This document shows, piece after piece, positions 31,071-39,793 of a stretch of 64,000 bases of DNA; the stretch's first letter is position 1; the number at the start of each line of letters is the position of its first letter. Position numbers and translations under genes: made by a program. Under the pieces are notes generated by a model. The model searched no databases, had not been told where the DNA came from, and worked only from the letters and a program-made list of their open reading frames with translations. Origin of the DNA: an uncultured bacterium (GTDB taxonomy: Bacteria > UBP4 > UBA4092); assembly GCA_964644695.1 (NCBI GenBank), contig CAZXWN010000009.1, positions 1 through 64,000 on the forward strand. Reading direction: 5' to 3'.

Positions 31071-32144
31071 ATGTCGGCCATACAAATCCGAGGCCTGCAT
31101 TTTGCCATAGGTTCAAAAGAGATTCTTCAAAATATTGATTTAGATATTCACTCGGGTGAATTCTTTTTTTTGTTAGGCCCCTCTGGCTCTGGTAAAACAA
31201 CCCTGTTGCGAGTTTTAGCAGGTTTCAACCGTCCCACTCAGGGACAACTGTTATTAGATGAACGGCCTCTGACCGACCTTCCTGCACGCCAGAGAAATTT
31301 CGGGATGGTGTTTCAATCCTATGCTCTCTTTCCCCATTTAAGCGTAAAAGATAATGTCGCTTATGGATTAAAGGTTCGGAAACTTTCTGGAGATGATATT
31401 AAACTCCAGGTAGGTGAAGCCCTTGAACGAGTCGGTTTATCTGGATATGAAACCCGGATGCCCGGTTCCTTGTCGGGTGGTGAGCAGCAGCGTGTTGCCT
31501 TGGCTAGAGCGTTAGTGATTAAGCCTGATTTATTGTTACTGGATGAACCTTTGTCTAATCTGGATGCCCAGCTTCGTCAGAAGATGCGGAAAGAACTTCG
31601 GGATATCCAGAAAAGCTCTGGAGTCACTGCTGTCTATGTCACCCATGACCAGGACGAGGCCCTCTCAATGGCGGACCGAATGGCTATCCTCTCTGAAGGA
31701 AAACTTTTGCAGTTGGGAACACCTCGGGACATTTATTATCATCCCTCGGATTCCTTTGTGGCTAAATTCATCGGGAAAGCCAATCTGTTCCGAGTCACGA
31801 TCCGGGAAATTATGCCCGATAACCGGATGCGGTTGGAAACCCCTTTCGGAAACATGAAAGTCAATGGACCCCTGTATCCTAACCATACCGAGTTAACGGC
31901 CTGTGTCCGCCCTGAAGCACTTCGTTGGATGGATGGTAATACCGCCTCTCCTGAATCGAATCAAATCTCCGCCATTGTTACAGATGTTCGGTTTTATGGA
32001 GAATCTCTTGAAGTTGAACTGGATGCGGCGCCAGGTCATATTCTACATGCGCTTATTGCCAACCCCGGTCATCGCTCTGTTTCCGTTGGAGATACTGTCC
32101 GGTGGCAAGTGGATCCAGACCAGATTATCCTGTTGGAAAAATGA
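31071..32144 (+). CDS. ABC transporter ATP-binding protein (FbpC/PotA family)
   Basis: GPSGSGKT, VFQSYALFPH, LSGGEQQR, LLDEPLSNLD, VTHDQ; TOBE domain. Confidence 0.92.
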   Translation: MSAIQIRGLHFAIGSKEILQNIDLDIHSGEFFFLLGPSGSGKTTLLRVLAGFNRPTQGQLLLDERPLTDLPARQRNFGMVFQSYALFPHLSVKDNVAYGLKVRKLSGDDIKLQVGEALERVGLSGYETRMPGSLSGGEQQRVALARALVIKPDLLLLDEPLSNLDAQLRQKMRKELRDIQKSSGVTAVYVTHDQDEALSMADRMAILSEGKLLQLGTPRDIYYHPSDSFVAKFIGKANLFRVTIREIMPDNRMRLETPFGNMKVNGPLYPNHTELTACVRPEALRWMDGNTASPESNQISAIVTDVRFYGESLEVELDAAPGHILHALIANPGHRSVSVGDTVRWQVDPDQIILLEK

Positions 32145-33907
32145 GGCCGATGGGAATGATGAATTTGAACTCACCGGATAAAATCTCTCCACTTCGTTCT
32201 TTTCTGAAAGGACGAATGTTGTTTATGGTGGGGATAATCCTGTTTTTTATCATCTTTCTGATTTATCCCGTTCTCCATATTGTGGGTGTAGCATTTCGCC
32301 CCTCTGGGCAATTCTCCTTAAGCCTGTTTCAGTTGATGTTTGAAAACCCTGTTATCCGGGAATCCATCTGGAACTCTTTCAAAATTGGAATCATGGTGAC
32401 CGTCTTGGCTTCGTGTGTTTCATTACCACTGGCCCTTTTCTTTCACCGATATAAATTCCCCGGGAAGACTTTGTTTCAGGGATTACTTCTGCTGCCGCTC
32501 ATCATCCCCCCCTTTGTAGGAGCTCTGGGTATCCGGCAGGTATTGGCGCCCTTTGGGTCTGTGAACCTGTGGCTTCTTGACCATCAGATTATTTCTAATC
32601 CTATTGATTTCCTGGGTGAGTCAGGTCTCTTTGGAGTTATTTTTCTGGAGACGCTGCATCTTTATCCAATCATGTTTCTGAACTTGACGGCATCTTTGGC
32701 CAGCCTTGACCCTACCTATGATGAAGCTGCTCAAAACCTCGGTGCCAGCCCTCTTCGTCGGTTTTTCACCGTTACTTTGCCGATGATTCTTCCTGGATAT
32801 TTCGCCGGTTCAATTTTAGTGTTTTTATGGGCACTTACCGATTTAGGGACGCCCCTGATATTTGATTATGCCCGTGTGATGCCCATGCAGATATTCAATA
32901 TGCTGCAGGACATGAACACCAATCCTATGGGGTATGGTTTGGTGGTTCTGGTGCTTCTACTCACTCTGGCGTGTTTTACCATGGGGAAATGGTGGGCCGG
33001 TGGAAAATCTATTGAGACTCAAACACGGGCCTTCCGTGAACATCGGGAGACCCCTCTCACGGGTAAAGAAGCAACCCAGTCATGGATGGTCAGATATCCC
33101 ATATTACTTATGATTTATCTTTACCTGTTGATTGTTTTATTGATATCCATCTTCCCTCATCTAACGGTTCTAATGAATGCTCTGGCAGGACAGTGGTTTA
33201 TGACCGTTTTACCGGAACAGTGGACTTTGAACCACTTTAAAGAAGTGTTTACTCATCCCCTGGCTGTTTCTTCAATTCGGAACAGCCTGATATTATCCTT
33301 CGCCGCTGCCCTCCTGGATTTAGTCCTGGGTGTAGGGATAGCCTGGATAGTTGCACGCAAAAAAGTTCAAGGTGCCTGGATGTTGGATGGATTAGTGATG
33401 ATGGCTTTGACGGTGCCGGGCCTGGTATTAGCGTTTGGTTATTTGGCGTGCTTCTCAGGAACTTTTCTGGATGCCCGGATCAATCCTGTCCCCCTCTTGA
33501 TTCTGGCGTATGGGATACGCCGGCTGCCTTATGTTGTCCGGTCGGCGCATGCGGGATTCATGCAATCCTCAGCAGCGTTGGAAGAAGCCTCTGCCAGCCT
33601 GGGTGCGGCAGCCAGTTATACCTTCCGCAAGATAACGCTTCCTTTGATTGTTCCCCATTTGTTGGTAGGAGGACTGCTGGCCTTTTCCTTTTCGATGTTG
33701 GAAGTCAGTGATTCCCTCATCTTGGCGATGCAGGAAAAGTATTATCCCATTACCAAAACCATTTGGTATCTTTCCGGCCGGTTAGGGGATGGAACCTCTC
33801 TGGCGGCGGCGATGGGTGTCTTGGGGATGTTACTTCTTTTAGTTACGCTTCTTGTCGCGGGTAAACTTCTGGGAAAACGGTTGGGCGATATCTTCCGAGT
33901 GGGTTAA
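32141..33907 (+). CDS. ABC transporter permease with two BPD_transp_1 modules (FbpB/ThiP-like)
   Basis: Two EAA loops (DEAAQNLGA, EEASASLGA); ATGA overlap with the ATPase. Confidence 0.9.
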   Translation: MRPMGMMNLNSPDKISPLRSFLKGRMLFMVGIILFFIIFLIYPVLHIVGVAFRPSGQFSLSLFQLMFENPVIRESIWNSFKIGIMVTVLASCVSLPLALFFHRYKFPGKTLFQGLLLLPLIIPPFVGALGIRQVLAPFGSVNLWLLDHQIISNPIDFLGESGLFGVIFLETLHLYPIMFLNLTASLASLDPTYDEAAQNLGASPLRRFFTVTLPMILPGYFAGSILVFLWALTDLGTPLIFDYARVMPMQIFNMLQDMNTNPMGYGLVVLVLLLTLACFTMGKWWAGGKSIETQTRAFREHRETPLTGKEATQSWMVRYPILLMIYLYLLIVLLISIFPHLTVLMNALAGQWFMTVLPEQWTLNHFKEVFTHPLAVSSIRNSLILSFAAALLDLVLGVGIAWIVARKKVQGAWMLDGLVMMALTVPGLVLAFGYLACFSGTFLDARINPVPLLILAYGIRRLPYVVRSAHAGFMQSSAALEEASASLGAAASYTFRKITLPLIVPHLLVGGLLAFSFSMLEVSDSLILAMQEKYYPITKTIWYLSGRLGDGTSLAAAMGVLGMLLLLVTLLVAGKLLGKRLGDIFRVG

Positions 33908-34626
33908 ATAACAGGGTCTATCGGAACATCAATCCACAATATCGTACAGGGCCGGAGCGCCTCAATTGTAAACGATTCGGTATGAGTGACTGTAATACTG
34001 TCTCCCATCTGGAGATTGTGTCCCTCAACATCAGCATGTCCCTGTAATATAAAGACAAATCCTGCGCGGTTCTCTCCTGCCAGTGAACACTGGGAAATAC
34101 TCATCTCTGTAAATTTCCCTCCATATATCCGTATGTCCTGGTTTACTGTCAGCAGGGAGGAATCTTTTCGAGATTTATCACTTACCCATAAGGTCCATTG
34201 GTTCATTTCCAAAGGTGGAATGGAACAGAAAGAACTCCGGGGTTTCAGGTCTTTTTCCGAGGGAGCGAATCCGATTTGCAGATAATGCGCCGGTATTAAG
34301 GGGTCGCGGTTTTCTTCAGAATGACTGTATCCGGTTCCGGAAGTAATTTGATATAACGAGCCTGCGGGTAATTCCTGACCCTGACCTTTTTCATTTGCAT
34401 CGGTAAGGGTTCCCGCCAGAACAAGAGTTACCAGTTCGAGGTTCTTATGTTGGTGTAACCCAAAATCCCTTCTGGGAGACATAACATGGTCGTTAAATAT
34501 CTTTAAAGAACCTAACCGGATCCTTTTCGGATTAAAATAACCTCCGAAACTGAAACTGTGCCGGGAATCCAGAGTAGAGGTTCGGGTTCGTCCGCGTTGA
34601 TTGGATAGTTCAATGACTAATTGCAT
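33904..34626 (-). CDS. Pirin family protein (YhhW-like)
   Basis: HSFSFGGY, FND, FGLHQHKNLE, HSEEN, LQI motifs. Confidence 0.88.
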   Translation of the reverse strand: MQLVIELSNQRGRTRTSTLDSRHSFSFGGYFNPKRIRLGSLKIFNDHVMSPRRDFGLHQHKNLELVTLVLAGTLTDANEKGQGQELPAGSLYQITSGTGYSHSEENRDPLIPAHYLQIGFAPSEKDLKPRSSFCSIPPLEMNQWTLWVSDKSRKDSSLLTVNQDIRIYGGKFTEMSISQCSLAGENRAGFVFILQGHADVEGHNLQMGDSITVTHTESFTIEALRPCTILWIDVPIDPVI

Positions 34627-34715
34627 AATACTAATTACTTTACCAAATTTGATGAAATAAAACCGGACGAAAACCTCACAGATCATCGTCCGGCTTGATT
34701 ACAGTGGATGTGGAA

Positions 34716-34952
34716 TTACTTCAGTTCTAGATGTGACCCATCGCAGAAGGGAGGGTTTTTAGTGCGTTTACACTGGCATAGAGCGACTTTCTTTTTCGCA
34801 TCAATCGTGAATGCCATAGGTGTAAATTCCGAACCCCGATGAGTTCCATCACAGAAAGGTTGTTCCTTACTCATTCCGCACCGGCACCAGTGATAAGTAC
34901 CCGGTTCTAATTCGAGGACTTTTGGTATCTTGGCTGCAACTTTGGGTTCCAT
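34716..34952 (-). CDS. Double CDGSH [2Fe-2S] protein (MiNT/CISD3-like)
   Basis: WCRCGMSKEQPFCDGTH and LCQCKRTKNPPFCDGSH. Confidence 0.92.
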   Translation of the reverse strand: MEPKVAAKIPKVLELEPGTYHWCRCGMSKEQPFCDGTHRGSEFTPMAFTIDAKKKVALCQCKRTKNPPFCDGSHLELK

Positions 34953-35118
34953 CAGCGGGTCTCCCTTAATAGAGTTTTGAATCTAAACTTCATTATAGAG
35001 CGATTTGTGGCGGAATCAACAAAAAACACAAGGGGCTATCTTTCCGATTCACGCCGAATTGTTTTAGTATTATGGTTCTATATGTGATTCACTTTAAATT
35101 AAGTAAAGGGTCTTCCTG

Positions 35119-36603
35119 ATGGCTTCTTCAAAGAAATATCGTATAAATTGGATAGTGCTTTGGATACTTTTGGTTTGTTTTGGAATGGGGACTTTAATGG
35201 CGACTCCCCGAAAGATGGATGGTGCGTTTATTGGGATATATCAGGGAGACAAGAAGGCCTGGAGTACCGAAAGGTGGCGCAAGGAGCTGGAATATCTTCA
35301 TTATGTCGGGATGGATACGGTTATCATCAGTACCGCCGTTTATAACACAACTGCTTTTTATCCGAATTGTTCTATCTCTGGAACAACGACGCTGGATACC
35401 ACATTGACCCGGATTCTAGATATTACAGACAGTTTAGGAATGTCGGTAATCATTGGGTTGTATGGTGAGAGTTCCTCCTGGTCCGTTAATGGGCAAACTC
35501 CATCCTATCTGACTAAACTGAATAACAATTCCAAGAAAGTAGCCGATGACCTTTGGATCCTGTATGGAAGTCGTACCTCTTTCAAAGGATGGTATATCCA
35601 ACAGGAAATAGATAATCTTAACTGGCAGACAGAGACAGACCGGACCAACCTAGTCCAGTATTACTTCCGGCCCATAAGTGATTATTGTCGGGCAAAGAAC
35701 ACAACGAAGTGGGTCTGTGAAGCAAATTTCTTTAATGATAATTTACAGTCCGCTGCGGATTATGGGACATGGTGGAAGAAAACTTTGGCAGATTGTACCT
35801 CATTAAATCTTCTGATTCCTCAAGACGGAATTGGGGCTGATCATGCCACCTATACAACAGTCAGCTCCTACTTCAATGCCCTCAGGACGGCATGTACTAC
35901 CTATAACCGATTGATGTGGGCGGATATTGAAGCCTATGAAAGCATCAGTAATCAGGGTCCTACCACTATTGGGCGACTGACCACTCAAATTAATGTGGTG
36001 AATCCTTATGTTTCCGGGATCACAAACTGGGAATATTACAGTTGTCTGAGTCCCCTCAATACTTTATCTACCATGAGTCTCTACAATAAATATGATGAGT
36101 ATGCCAATGGAACCAATCTGTCAAAAGGTCGCAGTTATACCGTATCGCCCACGCCCCATACCTCTTATCAGGATTCTGGCGGGGAACTGACCGACACGGT
36201 TTATCCTTATACCTGGGCTTCCCAGGTCGGATGGACGAGTCCTGTTACAAACCCCACAATCATTGTGGACTTGGGACAGGTTCAGAACAGTATTGGTGAA
36301 GTCCGGGGTTATTGTATGAGGTCTGACGGTTCCGGAGTTTATACGCCCCAGACGCTTTCTGTATATGGTTCGACGGATGGGACGAACTATACCTATTACG
36401 GAGATGCCACTCCCCTGTCTGCTAACAACCAATTTGTAAATTCATACCGGTTACGGTCCTTAAACTTCTCGGCTCAATATGTCAAAGTTGTCATAAATCC
36501 CGACAGCCGGAATGCCTGGAGCATGATCAATGAGGTGACTGTTCTCCAGGGTTCCGGAGTGGTCCCTGTTGAACTGAGTGAGTTTGAAGTAGATTCAGAA
36601 TAG
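35119..36603 (+). CDS. Secreted DUF4434-type glycoside hydrolase-like protein with discoidin (F5/8C)-like domain
   Basis: Signal peptide; WRKEL..VGMDTVII, FKGWYIQQE, PQDGIG, WADIEAY; C-terminal IVDLG, YGSTDG, AQYVKV, NEVTV. Confidence 0.78.
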   Translation: MASSKKYRINWIVLWILLVCFGMGTLMATPRKMDGAFIGIYQGDKKAWSTERWRKELEYLHYVGMDTVIISTAVYNTTAFYPNCSISGTTTLDTTLTRILDITDSLGMSVIIGLYGESSSWSVNGQTPSYLTKLNNNSKKVADDLWILYGSRTSFKGWYIQQEIDNLNWQTETDRTNLVQYYFRPISDYCRAKNTTKWVCEANFFNDNLQSAADYGTWWKKTLADCTSLNLLIPQDGIGADHATYTTVSSYFNALRTACTTYNRLMWADIEAYESISNQGPTTIGRLTTQINVVNPYVSGITNWEYYSCLSPLNTLSTMSLYNKYDEYANGTNLSKGRSYTVSPTPHTSYQDSGGELTDTVYPYTWASQVGWTSPVTNPTIIVDLGQVQNSIGEVRGYCMRSDGSGVYTPQTLSVYGSTDGTNYTYYGDATPLSANNQFVNSYRLRSLNFSAQYVKVVINPDSRNAWSMINEVTVLQGSGVVPVELSEFEVDSE

Positions 36604-36623
36604 TGTTATCTGGAATAAAAACT

Positions 36624-36667
36624 GAAAAGGCAAGGAGGTCCCGATGGGATTCCTTGCCTTTTTATTT
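36624..36667. terminator. Bidirectional intrinsic terminator
   Basis: AAAAGGCAAGGA...TCCTTGCCTTTT stem between convergent genes. Confidence 0.8.
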
Positions 36668-36689
36668 AAGCTCAGACAATCAGACAGGT

Positions 36690-37991
36690 TTATAGAAAAC
36701 CCTTTCGAGCCTGGACAGTAAACCGGTCAATGACATCATCGATTTGAAATACTTCATGGTCATTGATATAAGTGATGACCTTATTATTAAAAGGTTTGTA
36801 CCAATGTTCCGAAATTCCTTTTTTACCGGCGATAGCTCCGACAATGCTTCCCGCTGTGGCGGCAGTACAGTCGTTATCCAGTCCCATGGCGACCGTCTCA
36901 GAAATGACCCGGGTCACATCCGTTCCCCCAATCATCAGTCCAAAGATAGTCAGGCAAGCGTTGTTATTCGTATGAACACCACTCATACCTATAAAATGTT
37001 CATCAACAGCTGCGCGGGCATCTTTGTAGTTTTTCAGGTTCCGGCCTTCTTCGAGGGCCCAGCGGATAGCTTTCGCGAGTGAACAATCGGTGGGAATTTC
37101 CGAAAGTCCAATCTTGATTGCATCGACGGGATTATCTACCGCAAAAGCCGCTGACTGGGTGGCACTGAAGAACATTTCCCCATAAACACCATTTCTCCGG
37201 TGACTCAGAAACGCATCTTGATAGGCCATGGCAGCCGCTTTCTCTGGATGGGCCGGGGCCAGATAGGCGAAGGGGTCGGACCGGATATCGGCTCCGATCC
37301 ATTCACAATAAGGATTGTTTATTTCTCCGGCCTTATTCGCAGGGATTCCCGCTTTGAGGTTCTTCAGAGCGATATCTTCAGCTGTACAAGCCATGGGAAG
37401 ATATTTTACCCAGGCTTGACCTACCTGATGGGTAGTGAAGTCCAAACCATAATCTTCCGCAATCAACAGGCCCAATAAGGTGTAAGTGATGTCGTCGTCT
37501 GCCGGGACCTTATCCATGGCTTCTCGAGTGTATTCAATAAAATCACTTTTGTTGTATCGGAGGACATAAGGACGAATCGTTTTATTCCAGTAATCTACCG
37601 GAGGATAGGAATCCCCATTGTATTTGGCCCAATTCTCCATGACATCGACATCCAGGAATTCCACCGGTGCACCCAGAGTACATCCGGCCAGCCGGCCCAG
37701 AAATGCACCCGCAACCTTTTCCCGATATTCTTCTTCTCGGAATGAAGTCCACATCTTTCGTGGACCGGAGGGGCGCAGCTTTAGTATCTCCGAGTAGTCA
37801 TTGGGCTCTATCTTTGCAAGAGCCTCATCAACAGGCAGTGCCTTGATTTCTTCCAGGGCGGTCTGGATAGACTCGTGTAACTTATTTAAGACTGAATCAA
37901 CACCGACAGCACCGTATTCATGTTTCAATCGGCTGTATTCAATAAACTGATTGATCAACTTTTGATATTCAGGAACTTTGGGGTAATTCAT
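36690..37991 (-). CDS. ADP-ribosylglycohydrolase family protein
   Basis: GCTLGAPVE, DDDITY, WIGADIRSD, SH..NGVYG and GLDNDCTAATAG motifs. Confidence 0.9.
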   Translation of the reverse strand: MNYPKVPEYQKLINQFIEYSRLKHEYGAVGVDSVLNKLHESIQTALEEIKALPVDEALAKIEPNDYSEILKLRPSGPRKMWTSFREEEYREKVAGAFLGRLAGCTLGAPVEFLDVDVMENWAKYNGDSYPPVDYWNKTIRPYVLRYNKSDFIEYTREAMDKVPADDDITYTLLGLLIAEDYGLDFTTHQVGQAWVKYLPMACTAEDIALKNLKAGIPANKAGEINNPYCEWIGADIRSDPFAYLAPAHPEKAAAMAYQDAFLSHRRNGVYGEMFFSATQSAAFAVDNPVDAIKIGLSEIPTDCSLAKAIRWALEEGRNLKNYKDARAAVDEHFIGMSGVHTNNNACLTIFGLMIGGTDVTRVISETVAMGLDNDCTAATAGSIVGAIAGKKGISEHWYKPFNNKVITYINDHEVFQIDDVIDRFTVQARKGFL

Positions 37992-38064
37992 GGAACACCT
38001 CTCCTTAAAGGAACAATAGATTAAAACGCAGATTTAATTATAAAAGGATTCATTCTCACGGTGA

Positions 38065-39603
38065 TTAAAAAGGAGTTTGTTGACAGGAAAATCGCATGGC
38101 GAAGACGGCCATCTGAAAAATAAAGAGTACTGCCAGGCCGCTGAGAATCACAGCCTTGGTCAGTGACATCTTGCGACAGAGAAGGATCCAGACCGGGAAT
38201 GCAACCAGGCTGAATCGGCCTTGAGGATAAGCATATAAAAAACGGTCATAAAGAGGAATAAATAAAACCGAGACTGCATACAGGGCCAGTAAGATTTCTG
38301 TACTGTTGTTAGCTTTCCAATGCTGGATAAGCTTATAAAGGCTGTACAGGAAGATAGAAATGATTAATAGAAACCCCATCAACTCAGGATTTAAAAGGTA
38401 GGGTGGTTTTGTAAGCAATGAAAGAAAATGATCTCCCAAAGTATCTAACCCCAATGTTTCTTTGTAAACCCAGGCTTTTTGGATTTTAAAGTAAACAAAG
38501 GGATCCTGAAAATGAAAATACATATAAGCCATATTGAAGAGGATGCCCCAAAGAGAAACAATACATCTTACACAAAGACCCAAGATATCCTTAATTGTGA
38601 TGTTGCTTTTGTTGGTCAAATAAAAGTTTGCTATTAATAAAATTGGAAAAACCACACCCACCGCTCGAATACCACAGGCTGCGCCCCCGATAACCGCTGC
38701 CCAGAAATATCTTTTTTCCAGGAGAAGGTATAATGCGGCAGCTGAAAAACAGATGAACATACTTTCGGAATACCCGGCGGACAGGAATACCTGAAAGGGA
38801 TGTATCAGGAGGAGGAGTACTGGAAGATAGGCCAGTGTGTCATCCTTTAAGCATTTGCGGGCAATCTCATAAATAAAGAATAATCCAATCAGCAGGAATA
38901 AATGACTTGCCCAGATCAGCGACAGACTGTAGGAAACTCCGGTTAAAGAATGAATCAGTTTTGCACTCAGAGGATAGAAGAACAATAATCCAATATTCTG
39001 TTGTCGGTGATAATTTCCATCGAAATCATATCCTGATTCTGCAATACTCTGGTACCATCCGGCATCCCACTGAGTTAATCCCTGAGTCAGATAGGGCCTG
39101 CCCTGATTCCGATTCTTCTGTGTCTCCAGTAAATACACGCCCTGAACCGGATAAGGATTCTTTATCATATTATCCGGAGGAATAGTGTCTAACATCATAT
39201 TCCATAACTGCCAGGCTTGCGTGGAGTTTTGACCCAGAGTGTGGAAACTTACTTTATTGGTTTCACCGATGACTAAATCCCGGGTGTTGAAGACATATTC
39301 ACGGAAAGAAGGGTCCAGTTTCATGGTTCCGATGGGTTTTTGGTTGACTCGAACTTCTACGGATAGAGGTCTGTCGGTGGTTTCCGTGCTGGCCTGAAAA
39401 TAAATCATCTGGAACCGATGGGGAATGGTGAGCGTTACCTCAGACATCAGATATCGAAAATCAATATTTCTGTCCGGGGAAAAGGGACCTGTTTTAATAA
39501 AGGCGATGGAAGACAGTATGACCATTCGAGTGATGATGAACATCAACAAAAGAATCATGAAAGTCTTACCGTATCGGTTCAGTGTTTTATTTTTCACAAA
39601 CAT
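38065..39603 (-). CDS. GT-C fold membrane glycosyltransferase (PIG-V / mannosyltransferase-like)
   Basis: QWDAGWYQSIAESGY, FFYP, AGYSESMF, R-x-x-G, QKAW, GRF..AFP; extracytoplasmic beta insert near the N-terminus. Confidence 0.8.
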   Translation of the reverse strand: MFVKNKTLNRYGKTFMILLLMFIITRMVILSSIAFIKTGPFSPDRNIDFRYLMSEVTLTIPHRFQMIYFQASTETTDRPLSVEVRVNQKPIGTMKLDPSFREYVFNTRDLVIGETNKVSFHTLGQNSTQAWQLWNMMLDTIPPDNMIKNPYPVQGVYLLETQKNRNQGRPYLTQGLTQWDAGWYQSIAESGYDFDGNYHRQQNIGLLFFYPLSAKLIHSLTGVSYSLSLIWASHLFLLIGLFFIYEIARKCLKDDTLAYLPVLLLLIHPFQVFLSAGYSESMFICFSAAALYLLLEKRYFWAAVIGGAACGIRAVGVVFPILLIANFYLTNKSNITIKDILGLCVRCIVSLWGILFNMAYMYFHFQDPFVYFKIQKAWVYKETLGLDTLGDHFLSLLTKPPYLLNPELMGFLLIISIFLYSLYKLIQHWKANNSTEILLALYAVSVLFIPLYDRFLYAYPQGRFSLVAFPVWILLCRKMSLTKAVILSGLAVLFIFQMAVFAMRFSCQQTPF

Positions 39604-39793
39604 TCAGCCTCATCTATGGCGATTCTCACAGACCCCAATCATCTTATCATTATCTCTCAGTGATTGTGATTTACAAAAATATTGGACATTCAACAATAGG
39701 AAATAATCAAGATGTTCATGATAACTGAAAACGGTGAGAAAAAAGAACAGAAATCAGTCCATAGTTCTTTGTACAGGGCTTGTACGAAAAGAG

